Part shown: in pieces, positions 21,757 to 32,026 of the stretch
Layout of the letters: each line of letters opens with the position of its first letter
Numbering within the stretch: the first letter of the stretch is position 1
Origin: an uncultured Bacteroidales bacterium
Lineage (GTDB): Bacteria; Bacteroidota; Bacteroidia; Bacteroidales; UBA1715
Direction: 5' to 3'
Length of the DNA: 64,000 nucleotides
Assembly: GCA_964346725.1 (NCBI GenBank)
Contig: CAYFVM010000002.1
Location: 1,582-65,581, forward strand
Made by a program: the position numbers and the translations under genes
Notes under the pieces: generated by a model
Seen by the model: only the letters and a program-made list of their open reading frames with translations
What the model was told of the DNA's origin: nothing
The model's database searches: none

Positions 21757-22677
21757 TTATAAAACTGTTCGAGCAGCCGCAATGTCTTTCTTTATTGCTT
21801 CTTGCAATGCTTTGCGAGAAAGAAATTGTTGCTCGTCGCGAAGGCGAGAAACAAAACGAATACGTACGTACTCTTCATATAAATCTCCTTGAAAATCAAG
21901 TAGATGTGTCTCTATTGTAAGAGGTAATTCCTTTTGTATTGTAGGATTTGTGCCAATGTTTACTACCGAAGCGTATTCTTTGCCGTTTACTACCGTGTAG
22001 CAAGCATATACGCCAACAGCGGGAATCATTTTTTGCGAGAAGTTCAATTGCAAATTTGCCGTAGGAAATCCAAGCGTTCTGCCTATTTGAACTCCTGCAA
22101 TGATGGTTCCGTCAATAAAATAGTTGTATGTTAAATACGAATTTGCAGTCTTGATGTCTCCTAACGATAACGCATTTCGAACTTTTGTTGAGCTAATTGC
22201 TTTTGATCCAATGGAATAAGCTTCAATCTGTTCTAGCTCAAAATGTAGCTTTTGTGCAAATTGCTGCATGAGTTCAAATGTACCGGAACAATTCTTCCCG
22301 TATTTATGGTCGTAGCCAATGATTACTTTTCGTGCGCCAATTCCTTCGTGAATTATCTGTGTTATGTAGTCCTCTGGGCTCAAATTTGCAAATTCGTTGG
22401 AGAAAGGTAATACCAGACAAGCATCTAAGCCGGTTTGCTCCAAAAGTTCTAGTTTTTCTTCTAAACTCGTAAGCATTTTGAATCCTTCTGCTTTGTCGAA
22501 AAATACTCGAGGATGTGGCCAAAATGTCAACAGAACCGATTCTCCTTGGTATGCGTTTTTCTCCGACTCCAAATGCGCAAGAATTTCGCGATGTCCTGCA
22601 TGAACACCATCAAACATTCCTATGGTAAGAATAGGATTGTGTGCCGAAAATTCTTGTATGGAATGATAGATTTTCAT
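21757..22677 (-). CDS. ribF: Bifunctional riboflavin kinase / FMN adenylyltransferase
   Basis: It has LTIGMFDGVHAGHREIL (nucleotidyltransferase HxGH), and a C-terminal riboflavin kinase block GFPTANL...GVYA...NIGTNPT...ETHLLDF. I chose the internal ATG (MKIYHS); the ORF is open to 22728. Confidence 0.92.
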   Translation of the reverse strand: MKIYHSIQEFSAHNPILTIGMFDGVHAGHREILAHLESEKNAYQGESVLLTFWPHPRVFFDKAEGFKMLTSLEEKLELLEQTGLDACLVLPFSNEFANLSPEDYITQIIHEGIGARKVIIGYDHKYGKNCSGTFELMQQFAQKLHFELEQIEAYSIGSKAISSTKVRNALSLGDIKTANSYLTYNYFIDGTIIAGVQIGRTLGFPTANLQLNFSQKMIPAVGVYACYTVVNGKEYASVVNIGTNPTIQKELPLTIETHLLDFQGDLYEEYVRIRFVSRLRDEQQFLSRKALQEAIKKDIAAARTVL

Positions 22678-22746
22678 TTGCCACAAAGATACACTTTTCC
22701 CTTTTTTTAGAAATAGTGCGAAAGACAATACTCATTTTTAATGGTA

Positions 22747-23508
22747 TTATTTCTTTGTGTAGGACTGCCTTCCTGATTGGTACACTTCGTTTTCCATCGT
22801 CTTCATGGTAAAGTCAACGTAGAAGTTTCCTTCAAAATTGTATTTTCCTGTACCGGAAATGAGATATTTGTTCCCTAAAAAGTCTATCCACTCTGTGTCA
22901 TCAGGAATTGTGACGGCCATACTTTCATCTTGTGTAAAAACGAATGGCACATATTGGCCGGCGAGTGGGAAATCCCAGAAATTGTTGTTCTTTATTGTGG
23001 TTTCGTTTTGCTTTGTTAATTCTACATCGTAGGTGGAGTTTGTAGACGATTCAAAGCAAGAATATGTTCCGGTAAAATAGTCTATAAATGCTTGTTGCGA
23101 AAAGGCAACCGAGCATGTTGCGTAATTTTTTGAAACCGTAATATCCGATGACGAAATAGTCAAATTAATAGAGTAGGCTGTGCCTTTGGTGATTTTTGCA
23201 GTATTGATAGTAAGGTAAATGCTATCTAATGCGTTGCTTTTCAATGATTTACTTGTACTTATGGAATACACATCGTTGGGAAGGGATGTCTGTGCTGAAA
23301 TGTTGATTGTAGCTGTAGAATTTCCGCCAAAAACTTGAATAGGAACGGCTATGTCGTATTCGTCGGAAGCGATAAACGAGATAGTTTCGGTATAATTTGT
23401 TTGCGCAAATTCAACGGTGGGTTGTTCTATGCTTGCGTCAAGATATTCGTTTTTGTTGCACGACGCCAAAGAACAAACGCAAAGCAGATATATGAGAAGT
23501 CGTTTCAT
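22747..23508 (-). CDS. Hypothetical surface lipoprotein downstream of the SusD-like gene
   Basis: 253 aa. It has the signal peptide plus lipobox MKRLLIYLLCVCSLASC. Its ATG overlaps the SusD-like stop (TAATG). I recognised no family. Confidence 0.6.
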   Translation of the reverse strand: MKRLLIYLLCVCSLASCNKNEYLDASIEQPTVEFAQTNYTETISFIASDEYDIAVPIQVFGGNSTATINISAQTSLPNDVYSISTSKSLKSNALDSIYLTINTAKITKGTAYSINLTISSSDITVSKNYATCSVAFSQQAFIDYFTGTYSCFESSTNSTYDVELTKQNETTIKNNNFWDFPLAGQYVPFVFTQDESMAVTIPDDTEWIDFLGNKYLISGTGKYNFEGNFYVDFTMKTMENEVYQSGRQSYTKK

Positions 23509-24899
23509 TAGTATCCTTGATTTGGTGTTAGATTACTGTTGGCGTTCAATTCGGCCGTAGGAATTGGGAACGCAAATAAATAACTTGGGTTTGGAACGGA
23601 GCAAATCGTTGAATTGCAATCAGTTCTCTCTATCCCAAATGAAAATACCGAGCGTTTTAATTGGAAAAATCGTTTGCCTTCAAAGGCAAATTCTTTCCGG
23701 TATTCTTCATGAACTTTCAAATACAAATCCGTGGCAGAAAGGTTGTCCAAAACGCACGACGCATCTACACGTTTTGTTAATTGTTCCATAATGGCAAGCG
23801 CCTTTTCGTAATACTCTGTTTGCGTAGCCAAATCAGTAGCTTCCATCATTTTTACTAAATAACAGTCCGCCAGTATGAAATAAATTTCAGACAAACGAAG
23901 AACCGGCACGTTGTCTATGCCTAAACCCTCACGTCCGGGATATTTCATGAAAAATTTTTCAGAGCGTTTTTTGATGAAAGCTGTCCGAATGTCGGAATTG
24001 GAATAGAAGGTGAGCAAATCTTCCGAAGGAACTATGCCTCCGTATCCGTCAGGCGAAAGCATGTGCCCAATGCTGTTAGTTCCTTGATTGTCTGTGGCCG
24101 ACATGGCAATGGAGAAAATGCTCTCCGTTGACGATTCTTGCGACCAACTTGCCATGTAATTGTCGGCAGTGAGTAATGAATATTGGTTTGTGGCAATCAG
24201 TTTTTCGGCTGTTTCTATTGCTTTAGTTCTTTGATTATCAGAAATGTAGGCGAGTGTTAGCAAAGCTTCAACACTATATTTGTTGAATCGAAATGGGGTA
24301 ACGTCGGCATTCTCCAACAATGTTTCTGCTTGGCGCAAATCGTTGATAATTTGCGCATACACAGTTCTTACTGGTGTACGTGATGGATAAGGAATAGTAT
24401 CGTTGGCAATAGGAATACCTTCCGTTGAAAACGAAGACTTGTTTGCAAACATGCGAAGTAAGTCAAAATAGGCTAAACTTCGTATGGCAAGCGCTTCTCC
24501 ATATATGGTCTCGTTTAAATCATTACGGCTGCTGTCTCGGCACGCTTTGATAATGTTGTCGGCGTTGTTAATTATCTTGTATGCAATAGACCAAAATGCC
24601 TTTAAATCTTCATCATCGGCGGTTACGCTGAAGTTGTAAAACGATGAAAAATTGCCAGTGTTTTGTGTCGAAAGTTTTGCGTTGTCGGCATAAACGTCGC
24701 CAATCAAAATAAAATTTCGTCCGTAGTAATTGTAATTCTGGAAATCGCTATAGCAACCAATAAGAGCAGAATTTACGCCTTGTGCAGTGGAAAACAATTT
24801 TGCTTGTGGTGCGTAGTTTGTCGGTTCTTTGTCAAGAAAATCATCAGCGCAAGCTGTAAAGAGTATCGTGGAGAATAGAGCGAGTAATACTTTTTTCAT
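23508..24899 (-). CDS. RagB/SusD-family nutrient-binding outer-membrane lipoprotein
   Basis: 463 aa. It has the lipobox LFTAC and SusD-like TPR blocks (ALIGCYSDFQNYNYYGRNFILIGDVYADNA, ALAIRSLAYFDLLRMF, FAFEGKRFFQLKR). Confidence 0.85.
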   Translation of the reverse strand: MKKVLLALFSTILFTACADDFLDKEPTNYAPQAKLFSTAQGVNSALIGCYSDFQNYNYYGRNFILIGDVYADNAKLSTQNTGNFSSFYNFSVTADDEDLKAFWSIAYKIINNADNIIKACRDSSRNDLNETIYGEALAIRSLAYFDLLRMFANKSSFSTEGIPIANDTIPYPSRTPVRTVYAQIINDLRQAETLLENADVTPFRFNKYSVEALLTLAYISDNQRTKAIETAEKLIATNQYSLLTADNYMASWSQESSTESIFSIAMSATDNQGTNSIGHMLSPDGYGGIVPSEDLLTFYSNSDIRTAFIKKRSEKFFMKYPGREGLGIDNVPVLRLSEIYFILADCYLVKMMEATDLATQTEYYEKALAIMEQLTKRVDASCVLDNLSATDLYLKVHEEYRKEFAFEGKRFFQLKRSVFSFGIERTDCNSTICSVPNPSYLFAFPIPTAELNANSNLTPNQGY

Positions 24900-24939
24900 A
24901 AATTTCTTTAAAAGACTTTCAAAGATATAAATAAAGCAA

Positions 24940-26772
24940 TCATTTTCGATAGAAATCGGTTGTAACTTTTTGAAGCAGAGCTTTTCCTTGTTGCAACGTT
25001 GTATCTTGTAAATTGTCAGTTTTCTTTATAATGGCGGCGTTTTCGTTGTCCCAAGAAAACGATTGATTGCCACGTAAAAAGCCCATTCCGTTGTTGTACG
25101 CATAAAATGCAAAAGGTTGGTCGCCTCGCAAAATATCTTTGCTGAATGAGAATTGCGCAGAAGGCAGGTCAAGTTGATTACAGAGCATCATTGGTAAATC
25201 ACACTGGGCAACCAATTCGGATATTACGGTATCGGTTGCAACCACGCCACCCGTCCAAATGAGAGGAATGTGAAATTTATCTTGACAGGAAACGATTTGC
25301 GGATTTTTGGTTATGCGAGAACCATGGTCTGAAACGAAAATAACGAGCGTGTTGTCCCACCAAGGCTCTAAACGCGCACGACGCATAAAGTCGCCTATAC
25401 AACTATCGCTATAGTGTATGGAGTTTAGAAGTTTTGAATATTCGTCGGGGCCCGAAAATTCGCTTTCCATCGGCACGTTGAATGGTTCGTGGCTGCTGAG
25501 TGTGTAGCAAACGGTGAAAAATGGTTGTTTTTCTGTGTGCAAATCGGAAAACATGCGTGAAAGAACCACATGGTCGAGCGCACCCCATTTTGTTACTTTG
25601 GCTTCAAGTCCGAAATCATCAATCGTTACGCAGTGTTCTATGCCGCCGTAGCGGAAATATGAGTTCATGTTACCGAAACGAATGTCGCCACCGTGATAGA
25701 GTGAGAGTGAATAATCCAAGGAATCAAAAAGAAGGCTGAGGTAGGGAAGTTTTTCCGCTTTCTCGTTAAATTTCATGATTGCAGCGGTTGGGTGCGCCGG
25801 GTAACCACTCAAAATTGAGGCTATGCCCATTTCACTTTTGGTGCCGTTTGCGTAGCAATTTGAAAATAAAATGCCCGACTTTGCAATTGAGTCTAGGTTT
25901 GGCGTAACGCCTTTTTGCCCACCCAATACACTAATTTGCGAAGCAGTAAAACTCTCCAAAATAAAAATAACAATGTTCGGACGTTTGTTGGTAATCAGTT
26001 GCGTTGGCTTTTGTTGTTTTGAATACAAAAGTTTGTCACAAATGCTGTTACATTCTGATTCTTCCATGAATACATTTGCCTCATCTTTTTTACTTGAAAA
26101 CACTGAAGATAAAAAGTGCCATTGGTCATTGATTGCTCCATGATTAGCAAATGTTTTTTTGCTGAAATATACCGTGCCGGTGCGCAATGCGGCAACACTT
26201 AATCCTCCTCGAATGGGAATAATCATTATGCCCATTATGAGTATAAAAATCAAGAGTGACGGATAGTTTGTTCGTTCAAATTTGTAGCAGAGAGTTGCTA
26301 TCCATTTTTTATAGAAAATATAAAAACCGACAATAATTGCTATCACTACGAATACAAGTAACGCTATATGCCACAGCGGAGTAGATGCCATAGCTTCTTT
26401 GGGCGTAGCCAAGTATTCCAAAACGGACGAGTCCATCCTGTATCCCCAGTTGCGGTAGAGTTCGGCATCGCACACGGTAATAATGGCCCCAGGGATGAGC
26501 AATAATAATGTCAATGTGGTGAGTGCAATTTTGATTTTCCCATTGTCTTTTACGAAAATGGAGATACATAGAATTACCGAAGTTAGTACGACAATATACC
26601 CAATCATGGAGGCATCGTGCGAGAAACCTGAAATGAATGTCTGAAAAATTGTGCCCCAATCAAGTCCAGCCGTGAGTGTGTGGTTGTATACTAAAAACAG
26701 CATTCTGCTGAATTCAAAAAACAGGAGCCAGAACAAGGCGTAGAACAGAAGGAGTTGTAATCGAGATTTCAT
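24940..26772 (-). CDS. LTA-synthase/sulfatase-family membrane protein (phosphoglycerol or phosphoethanolamine-type transferase)
   Basis: 610 aa. About 5 N-terminal TM helices are followed by an alkaline-phosphatase-superfamily domain (NIVIFILESFTA ... FVSDHGS). Confidence 0.8.
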   Translation of the reverse strand: MKSRLQLLLFYALFWLLFFEFSRMLFLVYNHTLTAGLDWGTIFQTFISGFSHDASMIGYIVVLTSVILCISIFVKDNGKIKIALTTLTLLLLIPGAIITVCDAELYRNWGYRMDSSVLEYLATPKEAMASTPLWHIALLVFVVIAIIVGFYIFYKKWIATLCYKFERTNYPSLLIFILIMGIMIIPIRGGLSVAALRTGTVYFSKKTFANHGAINDQWHFLSSVFSSKKDEANVFMEESECNSICDKLLYSKQQKPTQLITNKRPNIVIFILESFTASQISVLGGQKGVTPNLDSIAKSGILFSNCYANGTKSEMGIASILSGYPAHPTAAIMKFNEKAEKLPYLSLLFDSLDYSLSLYHGGDIRFGNMNSYFRYGGIEHCVTIDDFGLEAKVTKWGALDHVVLSRMFSDLHTEKQPFFTVCYTLSSHEPFNVPMESEFSGPDEYSKLLNSIHYSDSCIGDFMRRARLEPWWDNTLVIFVSDHGSRITKNPQIVSCQDKFHIPLIWTGGVVATDTVISELVAQCDLPMMLCNQLDLPSAQFSFSKDILRGDQPFAFYAYNNGMGFLRGNQSFSWDNENAAIIKKTDNLQDTTLQQGKALLQKVTTDFYRK

Positions 26773-26836
26773 TGTATTAGAAACATTGGTCTTACAAAAG
26801 TATTAAAACCATAGAATTTTGCAATTGCAAGAGGGG

Positions 26837-29311
26837 TCAATACGGATCTACATTTATGGAAAAACTAGTGGTTTTATATTCCTCACGATTTACAATTGCT
26901 TGCATACAATCGCTTACTTGTTTGCGTATGTTGGCAAAATTAAATTGGCGAGGGATTTTTAGTAAAATATCTTGTGCATATAAAAGTTGAATTCTGGGAA
27001 TGGGAGGGAATTCCGGTCCAAGTATAACTATATCTTTTATTTTGCGTAAATCAGAGGCGAGTTGCTTCGCTGCCGAAATAGCCGTGTCTTTGTCGCGATT
27101 TTTGATGGTAACTTTTATGAGTCGAGTAAAGGGTGGGTACCAGAAATTTTTGCGCTCAAGCATCTGTGTATTAAGCATTGACTGGTAGTTGTTCTCTTTT
27201 ACAAATTGGATAATTGGGTGTTCTGCTTGGAATGTTTGAATATAGACGTCACCTTGCTTCTCGCTTCGGCCGGCGCGGCCTGCAACCTGCACCATTAACT
27301 GAAACGCACGTTCGTCTGCTCTAAAATCGGGAAGGCGAAGCATACTATCGGCACTGAGAATTCCAACAAGTCCAACGTTTTCAAAATCAAGACCTTTGGT
27401 TATCATTTGTGTGCCAATCAATATGTCTATATCATGATTTTCAAAACGAGAAATTAAGTCGGTGTACGCATTTTTGCCGCGAGTGGTGTCTAAGTCCATT
27501 CGTGCTATACGAACATTAGGAAACATTTCGTGAAGAGTGTCTTCAATTTTTTCCGTACCAAAACCAACCAAGTGCATGTCTCTGTTGTGACATTCGGGGC
27601 ATTCCGAGCTAAATTGAATGGTATATCCGCAGTGGTGACATTTAAGAGAATTTGAAAATTTATGGTAGGTAAGACTTACATCACAGTTTCGGCACTGAGG
27701 AACGTAGCCACAATCGGGACATTCAAGGTATGGCGAAAATCCTCGACGGTTTTGGAACAAAATAATTTGTCGTTTTTCTGCCAAATTTTTCTCAATCGCT
27801 TCAAGCAATGTTTTGCTGAAAATGTCACGCATGCGTTGTTGCTTGTGCTCTGTGCGAAGGTCAACAATGTGCATCAATGGTAATGGCGCTTTGGTGTGCC
27901 GAGTTTTCATTTCTACCAAAGCCAATTTTTTTTGTAATACGTTGTAATACGTTTCTACGCTTGGCGTTGCTGTGCCTAAAAGCAGGTTCGCTTTAAAATT
28001 CGATGCAAGTATGTACGCCATATCGCGTGCATTGTATCGAGGTGCCGGGTCATATTGCTTAAATGACGATTCATGTTCTTCGTCAATGATTATAAGTCCT
28101 AAGTTGTTGAATGGCAAAAAGATAGAAGAGCGAACGCCTAAAATTACACGATACGAATTTTCGTTGTTTTGTAAAATGTTGTTCCAAACTTCCACGCGTT
28201 CGTTGTCGGAAAATTTAGAATGGTAGATGCCCACTTTGTCGCCAAAAACATCGCGCAAGCGGTTTATAATTTGCGATGTGAGTGCAATTTCTGGTAACAA
28301 ATACAATACTTGCTTTCCACTGTCTATGATTTCTTGTATCAAGTGAATATACACTTCGGTTTTTCCACTTGATGTTACTCCGTGAAGCAAACAAAACTTA
28401 TTCTGAGAAAATGCCTCGTGAATTCCTTGCAATGCCGTTTGTTGTTGGTCGCTTAACTGTGCAAGACCTTTAATTTCTTTATTTGTCTTAGCAAAACGCG
28501 AAACTTCTTTGTTCTCAATAACGATGATATTTTTCTTTGCAAGTTCCGCCAAAATAGCAGACGACGTTTGTGTGAGCGCGTTTTGTCTAGCTACGGAAAA
28601 CGATTCCTCATCTTTGTGAAGAATTGTTTCGTTGAGCAACCACAAGAAAAAACTTTGTTGCTTTGCGGCGCGAGCAATTTGGGCAAACGATTGGTCTATA
28701 AACGACTTGTCTTGTACATTACCTGCAAGTCGTATGTATGCTTCTAACTTTGGCTTGTATTGGTTCGAAATATTTTCGCTAATAACGATAGCGTTGAGTT
28801 TTACGAGTTTTTGTACCTGAATTGTTACCGATTTTTTATTAAGTGTTTTTGCTAAATCGAGTAGCGAAAGACTTTCGTTTCTCTCAACTGCATAATACAC
28901 TTGTCGGTCTGCTTCGTTAAGCGTCATGCAGTCAAAGTCGGGATTGGCAGAGACTATGGCTTCACTTTCTAGTTTGAGACCTGAGGGAAGAGCCGCTTTC
29001 ATAATCTCTCCTCGTGTGCACATATAATAGTTAGATATCCAGTTCCACAACTGTAATTGTTTTTTGGTAACAATTGGCGCCTCATCCAGTACCGATTCTA
29101 CTGACTTTATTACAGCTACATTGGGTTTATTGTGGTGAATATCATACACAATGGCGGTGTACATTTTGCGTTGTCCAAGCTGCACAATTACACGGCTACC
29201 TATAGCGATAGAATCTTTGAGAGATTCTGGTACTTGATACGTGTAAAGTGGAACAGCTAGTGGCAAAAGTACGTCTATAAACGTTGCCGTATGTCTATCT
29301 TTATTTTCCAA
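26837..29311 (-). CDS. priA: Primosomal protein N' (replication restart helicase)
   Basis: 824 aa. It has Walker A HGVTSSGKTEVY, IIDEEHESSFKQ, and the Cys-rich zinc region CPDCGYVPQCRNCDVSLTYHKFSNSLKCHHCGY. Confidence 0.95.
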   Translation of the reverse strand: MENKDRHTATFIDVLLPLAVPLYTYQVPESLKDSIAIGSRVIVQLGQRKMYTAIVYDIHHNKPNVAVIKSVESVLDEAPIVTKKQLQLWNWISNYYMCTRGEIMKAALPSGLKLESEAIVSANPDFDCMTLNEADRQVYYAVERNESLSLLDLAKTLNKKSVTIQVQKLVKLNAIVISENISNQYKPKLEAYIRLAGNVQDKSFIDQSFAQIARAAKQQSFFLWLLNETILHKDEESFSVARQNALTQTSSAILAELAKKNIIVIENKEVSRFAKTNKEIKGLAQLSDQQQTALQGIHEAFSQNKFCLLHGVTSSGKTEVYIHLIQEIIDSGKQVLYLLPEIALTSQIINRLRDVFGDKVGIYHSKFSDNERVEVWNNILQNNENSYRVILGVRSSIFLPFNNLGLIIIDEEHESSFKQYDPAPRYNARDMAYILASNFKANLLLGTATPSVETYYNVLQKKLALVEMKTRHTKAPLPLMHIVDLRTEHKQQRMRDIFSKTLLEAIEKNLAEKRQIILFQNRRGFSPYLECPDCGYVPQCRNCDVSLTYHKFSNSLKCHHCGYTIQFSSECPECHNRDMHLVGFGTEKIEDTLHEMFPNVRIARMDLDTTRGKNAYTDLISRFENHDIDILIGTQMITKGLDFENVGLVGILSADSMLRLPDFRADERAFQLMVQVAGRAGRSEKQGDVYIQTFQAEHPIIQFVKENNYQSMLNTQMLERKNFWYPPFTRLIKVTIKNRDKDTAISAAKQLASDLRKIKDIVILGPEFPPIPRIQLLYAQDILLKIPRQFNFANIRKQVSDCMQAIVNREEYKTTSFSINVDPY

Positions 29312-29723
29312 TGAGTTTATTGAAAAAAGATTTTTTCTTTGTTTTGCCGTAGTTGGTACTCAATGATTCATCCATTGTACCTACTTGTAGTATGGTGCAA
29401 ATTTTTGACCAATCAATTTCTCCGCCAAATTCCACGTTCTTATCGTCAATATATATATCAGCGTCAATTTTTCGACTGACTTGAGATTCGTCGAATTCTT
29501 CTTCGGGATAGTTTTTGTTTATAGCATAAAATTCTACACCGTTTTCACGACAAAATTCAACCGCTTCGTTGAGCATATTGCCGCTTCGATATGTCCATAA
29601 AATAAGTTTGTCTCCGCGTTTTTGGAGTTCGCGTAAAGTTTCAAAGGCGAACAATTTTTTCTCTCCTATCTCAGGATATTTATGTTCTACCAATGTCCCG
29701 TCAAAATCTATAGCTATCTTCAT
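29301..29723 (-). CDS. Small HAD-superfamily phosphatase-like protein
   Basis: 140 aa. HAD motif I is IAIDFDGTLV and motif IV is YIDDKN. It overlaps the priA start by 11 nt and begins 1 nt after the recQ stop. Confidence 0.65.
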   Translation of the reverse strand: MKIAIDFDGTLVEHKYPEIGEKKLFAFETLRELQKRGDKLILWTYRSGNMLNEAVEFCRENGVEFYAINKNYPEEEFDESQVSRKIDADIYIDDKNVEFGGEIDWSKICTILQVGTMDESLSTNYGKTKKKSFFNKLIGK

Positions 29724-29724
29724 T

Positions 29725-31908
29725 TTAGTTCGCCTTTTCAGATAAAAATTTAATTCTTACAAGTCGGACTTCTTCTTCGGAATAGGTTCCATCGTTTGTC
29801 CATTCGTCTATTGCATCTTGCACTTGCTCCGATTCTGAAGTAGAGAAATAGTCGTAAAGTTCGTCTATTGCATCTTCTTCAATTACTTCATTAATGTAAT
29901 AGTCAATATTGATTTTCATACCAGAATTGACGATGCTTTCAATTTCAATGAGTAGTTCATTTAAATTAATTCCAAGAGCTTCGGCTATGGTGTCGAGTGA
30001 TAGTTTTTTGTCTATGTTGGTAATAATTTGGACTTTGTTTCCCGATTTATTTACCACAGATTTAACCACCATGTCTTGAGGACGTTCTATCTCGTTTTCC
30101 TCAACATAGCGCGCAATCACGTCTACAAATGGTTGACCGTATTTTTTTGCTTTTCCTTCGCCAACGCCCGAAATGTTTTTCAATTCTTGTAATGTAATAG
30201 GATACTGAATAGCCATTTCGTTTATGGATGCTTCTTGAAAGACAACATACGGAGGAACATTGTTCTTTTTTGCTACGCTTTTGCGCAAATCCATGAGTAT
30301 AGAAACTAATGTAGTGTCAAAAGCATCATCGCTTTGAACCGTTTCTGTATCGGTTTCCGTTTGCTCATAGTCATGGTCTTCGGTAATTGTAAATGAGTGC
30401 GGTTTGTGGAAAAATGCTTTTCCTTCGTCTGTAATTTTCAATAAACCGTAATTCTCTATCTCTTTGTCCAATAAACGACCCATGAGCATATGGCGGATAA
30501 TGGCGTTCCAGTATTTTGGATCGTGGTCATCGCCCCAACCAAATTCGTCAAGTTCGTTGTGTTTGTATGTTTTAATTTCTGAGGAATTATTCCCCATCAG
30601 AATTTCAACAATGTGTCCTTGTTTGAAACGTTGTTTAACCGTTTTAATCGTTTTAAGAACTTTAATCACCTCGTTCATAACCTCAATTTGCGGTTTTGGA
30701 TGCAAGCAGTTGTCGCAATTACCACAATTTTCGGTCATTTCTTCACCAAAATAATTCAAGAGCACTCGTACGCGGCACAAACTGGATTCGGCATATGAAG
30801 ACGTTTCGAGCAATAATTGTTTTCCAATTTCTTGTTCAGCAACCGGTTTGCCTTCCATGAATTTTTCAAGACGAAGAATGTCTTTGTAGCTATAGAATGC
30901 GATACATTTTCCTTCGCCACCATCGCGACCGGCACGACCTGTTTCTTGGTAATATCCTTCCAATGATTTTGGAATGTTGTAGTGTATCACAAAGCGAACG
31001 TCGGGTTTGTCTATTCCCATACCAAAAGCTATGGTCGCAACAATTACATCAACTTCCTCCATCAAGAACATATCTTGATTTTTCGAACGCGTGTGCGCAT
31101 CAAGTCCGGCGTGGTATGGAAGAGCTTTTATCCCATTCACAACTAGTGTGTTGGCAAGTTCTTCAACTTTTTTTCTACTCAAACAATATATGATACCCGA
31201 TTTACCGGTATTATCTCGTATAAATTTAATTATTTGCTTCGTTGCATCAACTTGCGGACGAATTTCGTAGTACAGATTCTTTCTGCGGAATGATGATTTG
31301 AAGACTTTTGCATCCAACATTCCCAAGTTTTTCTGAATATCGTGTTGCACCTTTGGCGTTGCTGTAGCGGTAAGTGCAATGATTGGCGCACGACCAATTG
31401 CTTCAACTATTGGTTTGATTCGTCGGTATTCCGGGCGGAAATCGTGTCCCCACTCTGAAATACAGTGTGCTTCATCAATTGCAAAGAACGAAATCGTAAT
31501 GCTTTTGAAAAACTCAACGTTGTCTTCTTTTGTGAGTGACTCGGGAGCAACGTATAGTAATTTTGTGATACCAGTTCGTACATCTTCTTTTACGCGAAGA
31601 ATTTCTGCTCTGCTAAGTGAAGAATTTAAAAAGTGCGCAATTCTATTGTCAGTGCTGAAGCCACGCATGGCATCAACTTGATTTTTCATTAATGCAATAA
31701 GAGGCGAAATAACAATAGCCGTCCCATCAAGAAGCATTGCTGGAAGTTGGTAACACAATGATTTGCCACCGCCCGTAGGCATCAACACAAACGTGTCATT
31801 GTTGTCCATCAAACTTTCAATAACTTCTTTTTGGTTCCCTTTAAAAGAATCAAATCCAAATTTTTCTTTTAAACAATGTAGTAATTCTATTTCGCTAATT
31901 TTCGCCAT
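29725..31908 (-). CDS. recQ: ATP-dependent DNA helicase RecQ
   Basis: 727 aa. It has FGFDSFKGNQKEVI, MPTGGGKSLCYQLPA and DEAHCISEWGHDFRPEY, a Zn-binding CGNCDNC, and an HRDC-like region. Confidence 0.96.
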   Translation of the reverse strand: MAKISEIELLHCLKEKFGFDSFKGNQKEVIESLMDNNDTFVLMPTGGGKSLCYQLPAMLLDGTAIVISPLIALMKNQVDAMRGFSTDNRIAHFLNSSLSRAEILRVKEDVRTGITKLLYVAPESLTKEDNVEFFKSITISFFAIDEAHCISEWGHDFRPEYRRIKPIVEAIGRAPIIALTATATPKVQHDIQKNLGMLDAKVFKSSFRRKNLYYEIRPQVDATKQIIKFIRDNTGKSGIIYCLSRKKVEELANTLVVNGIKALPYHAGLDAHTRSKNQDMFLMEEVDVIVATIAFGMGIDKPDVRFVIHYNIPKSLEGYYQETGRAGRDGGEGKCIAFYSYKDILRLEKFMEGKPVAEQEIGKQLLLETSSYAESSLCRVRVLLNYFGEEMTENCGNCDNCLHPKPQIEVMNEVIKVLKTIKTVKQRFKQGHIVEILMGNNSSEIKTYKHNELDEFGWGDDHDPKYWNAIIRHMLMGRLLDKEIENYGLLKITDEGKAFFHKPHSFTITEDHDYEQTETDTETVQSDDAFDTTLVSILMDLRKSVAKKNNVPPYVVFQEASINEMAIQYPITLQELKNISGVGEGKAKKYGQPFVDVIARYVEENEIERPQDMVVKSVVNKSGNKVQIITNIDKKLSLDTIAEALGINLNELLIEIESIVNSGMKINIDYYINEVIEEDAIDELYDYFSTSESEQVQDAIDEWTNDGTYSEEEVRLVRIKFLSEKAN

Positions 31909-32026
31909 GCTCTGCCCTCGTTATCAAATTGAAATATAATCTGTTATTTTTAAAACAACCAACGAGATTATTAGATAAATTTGCCTAGTGAAAATAGTAT
32001 AATTATTTATATCTACCAAAAAAAAA

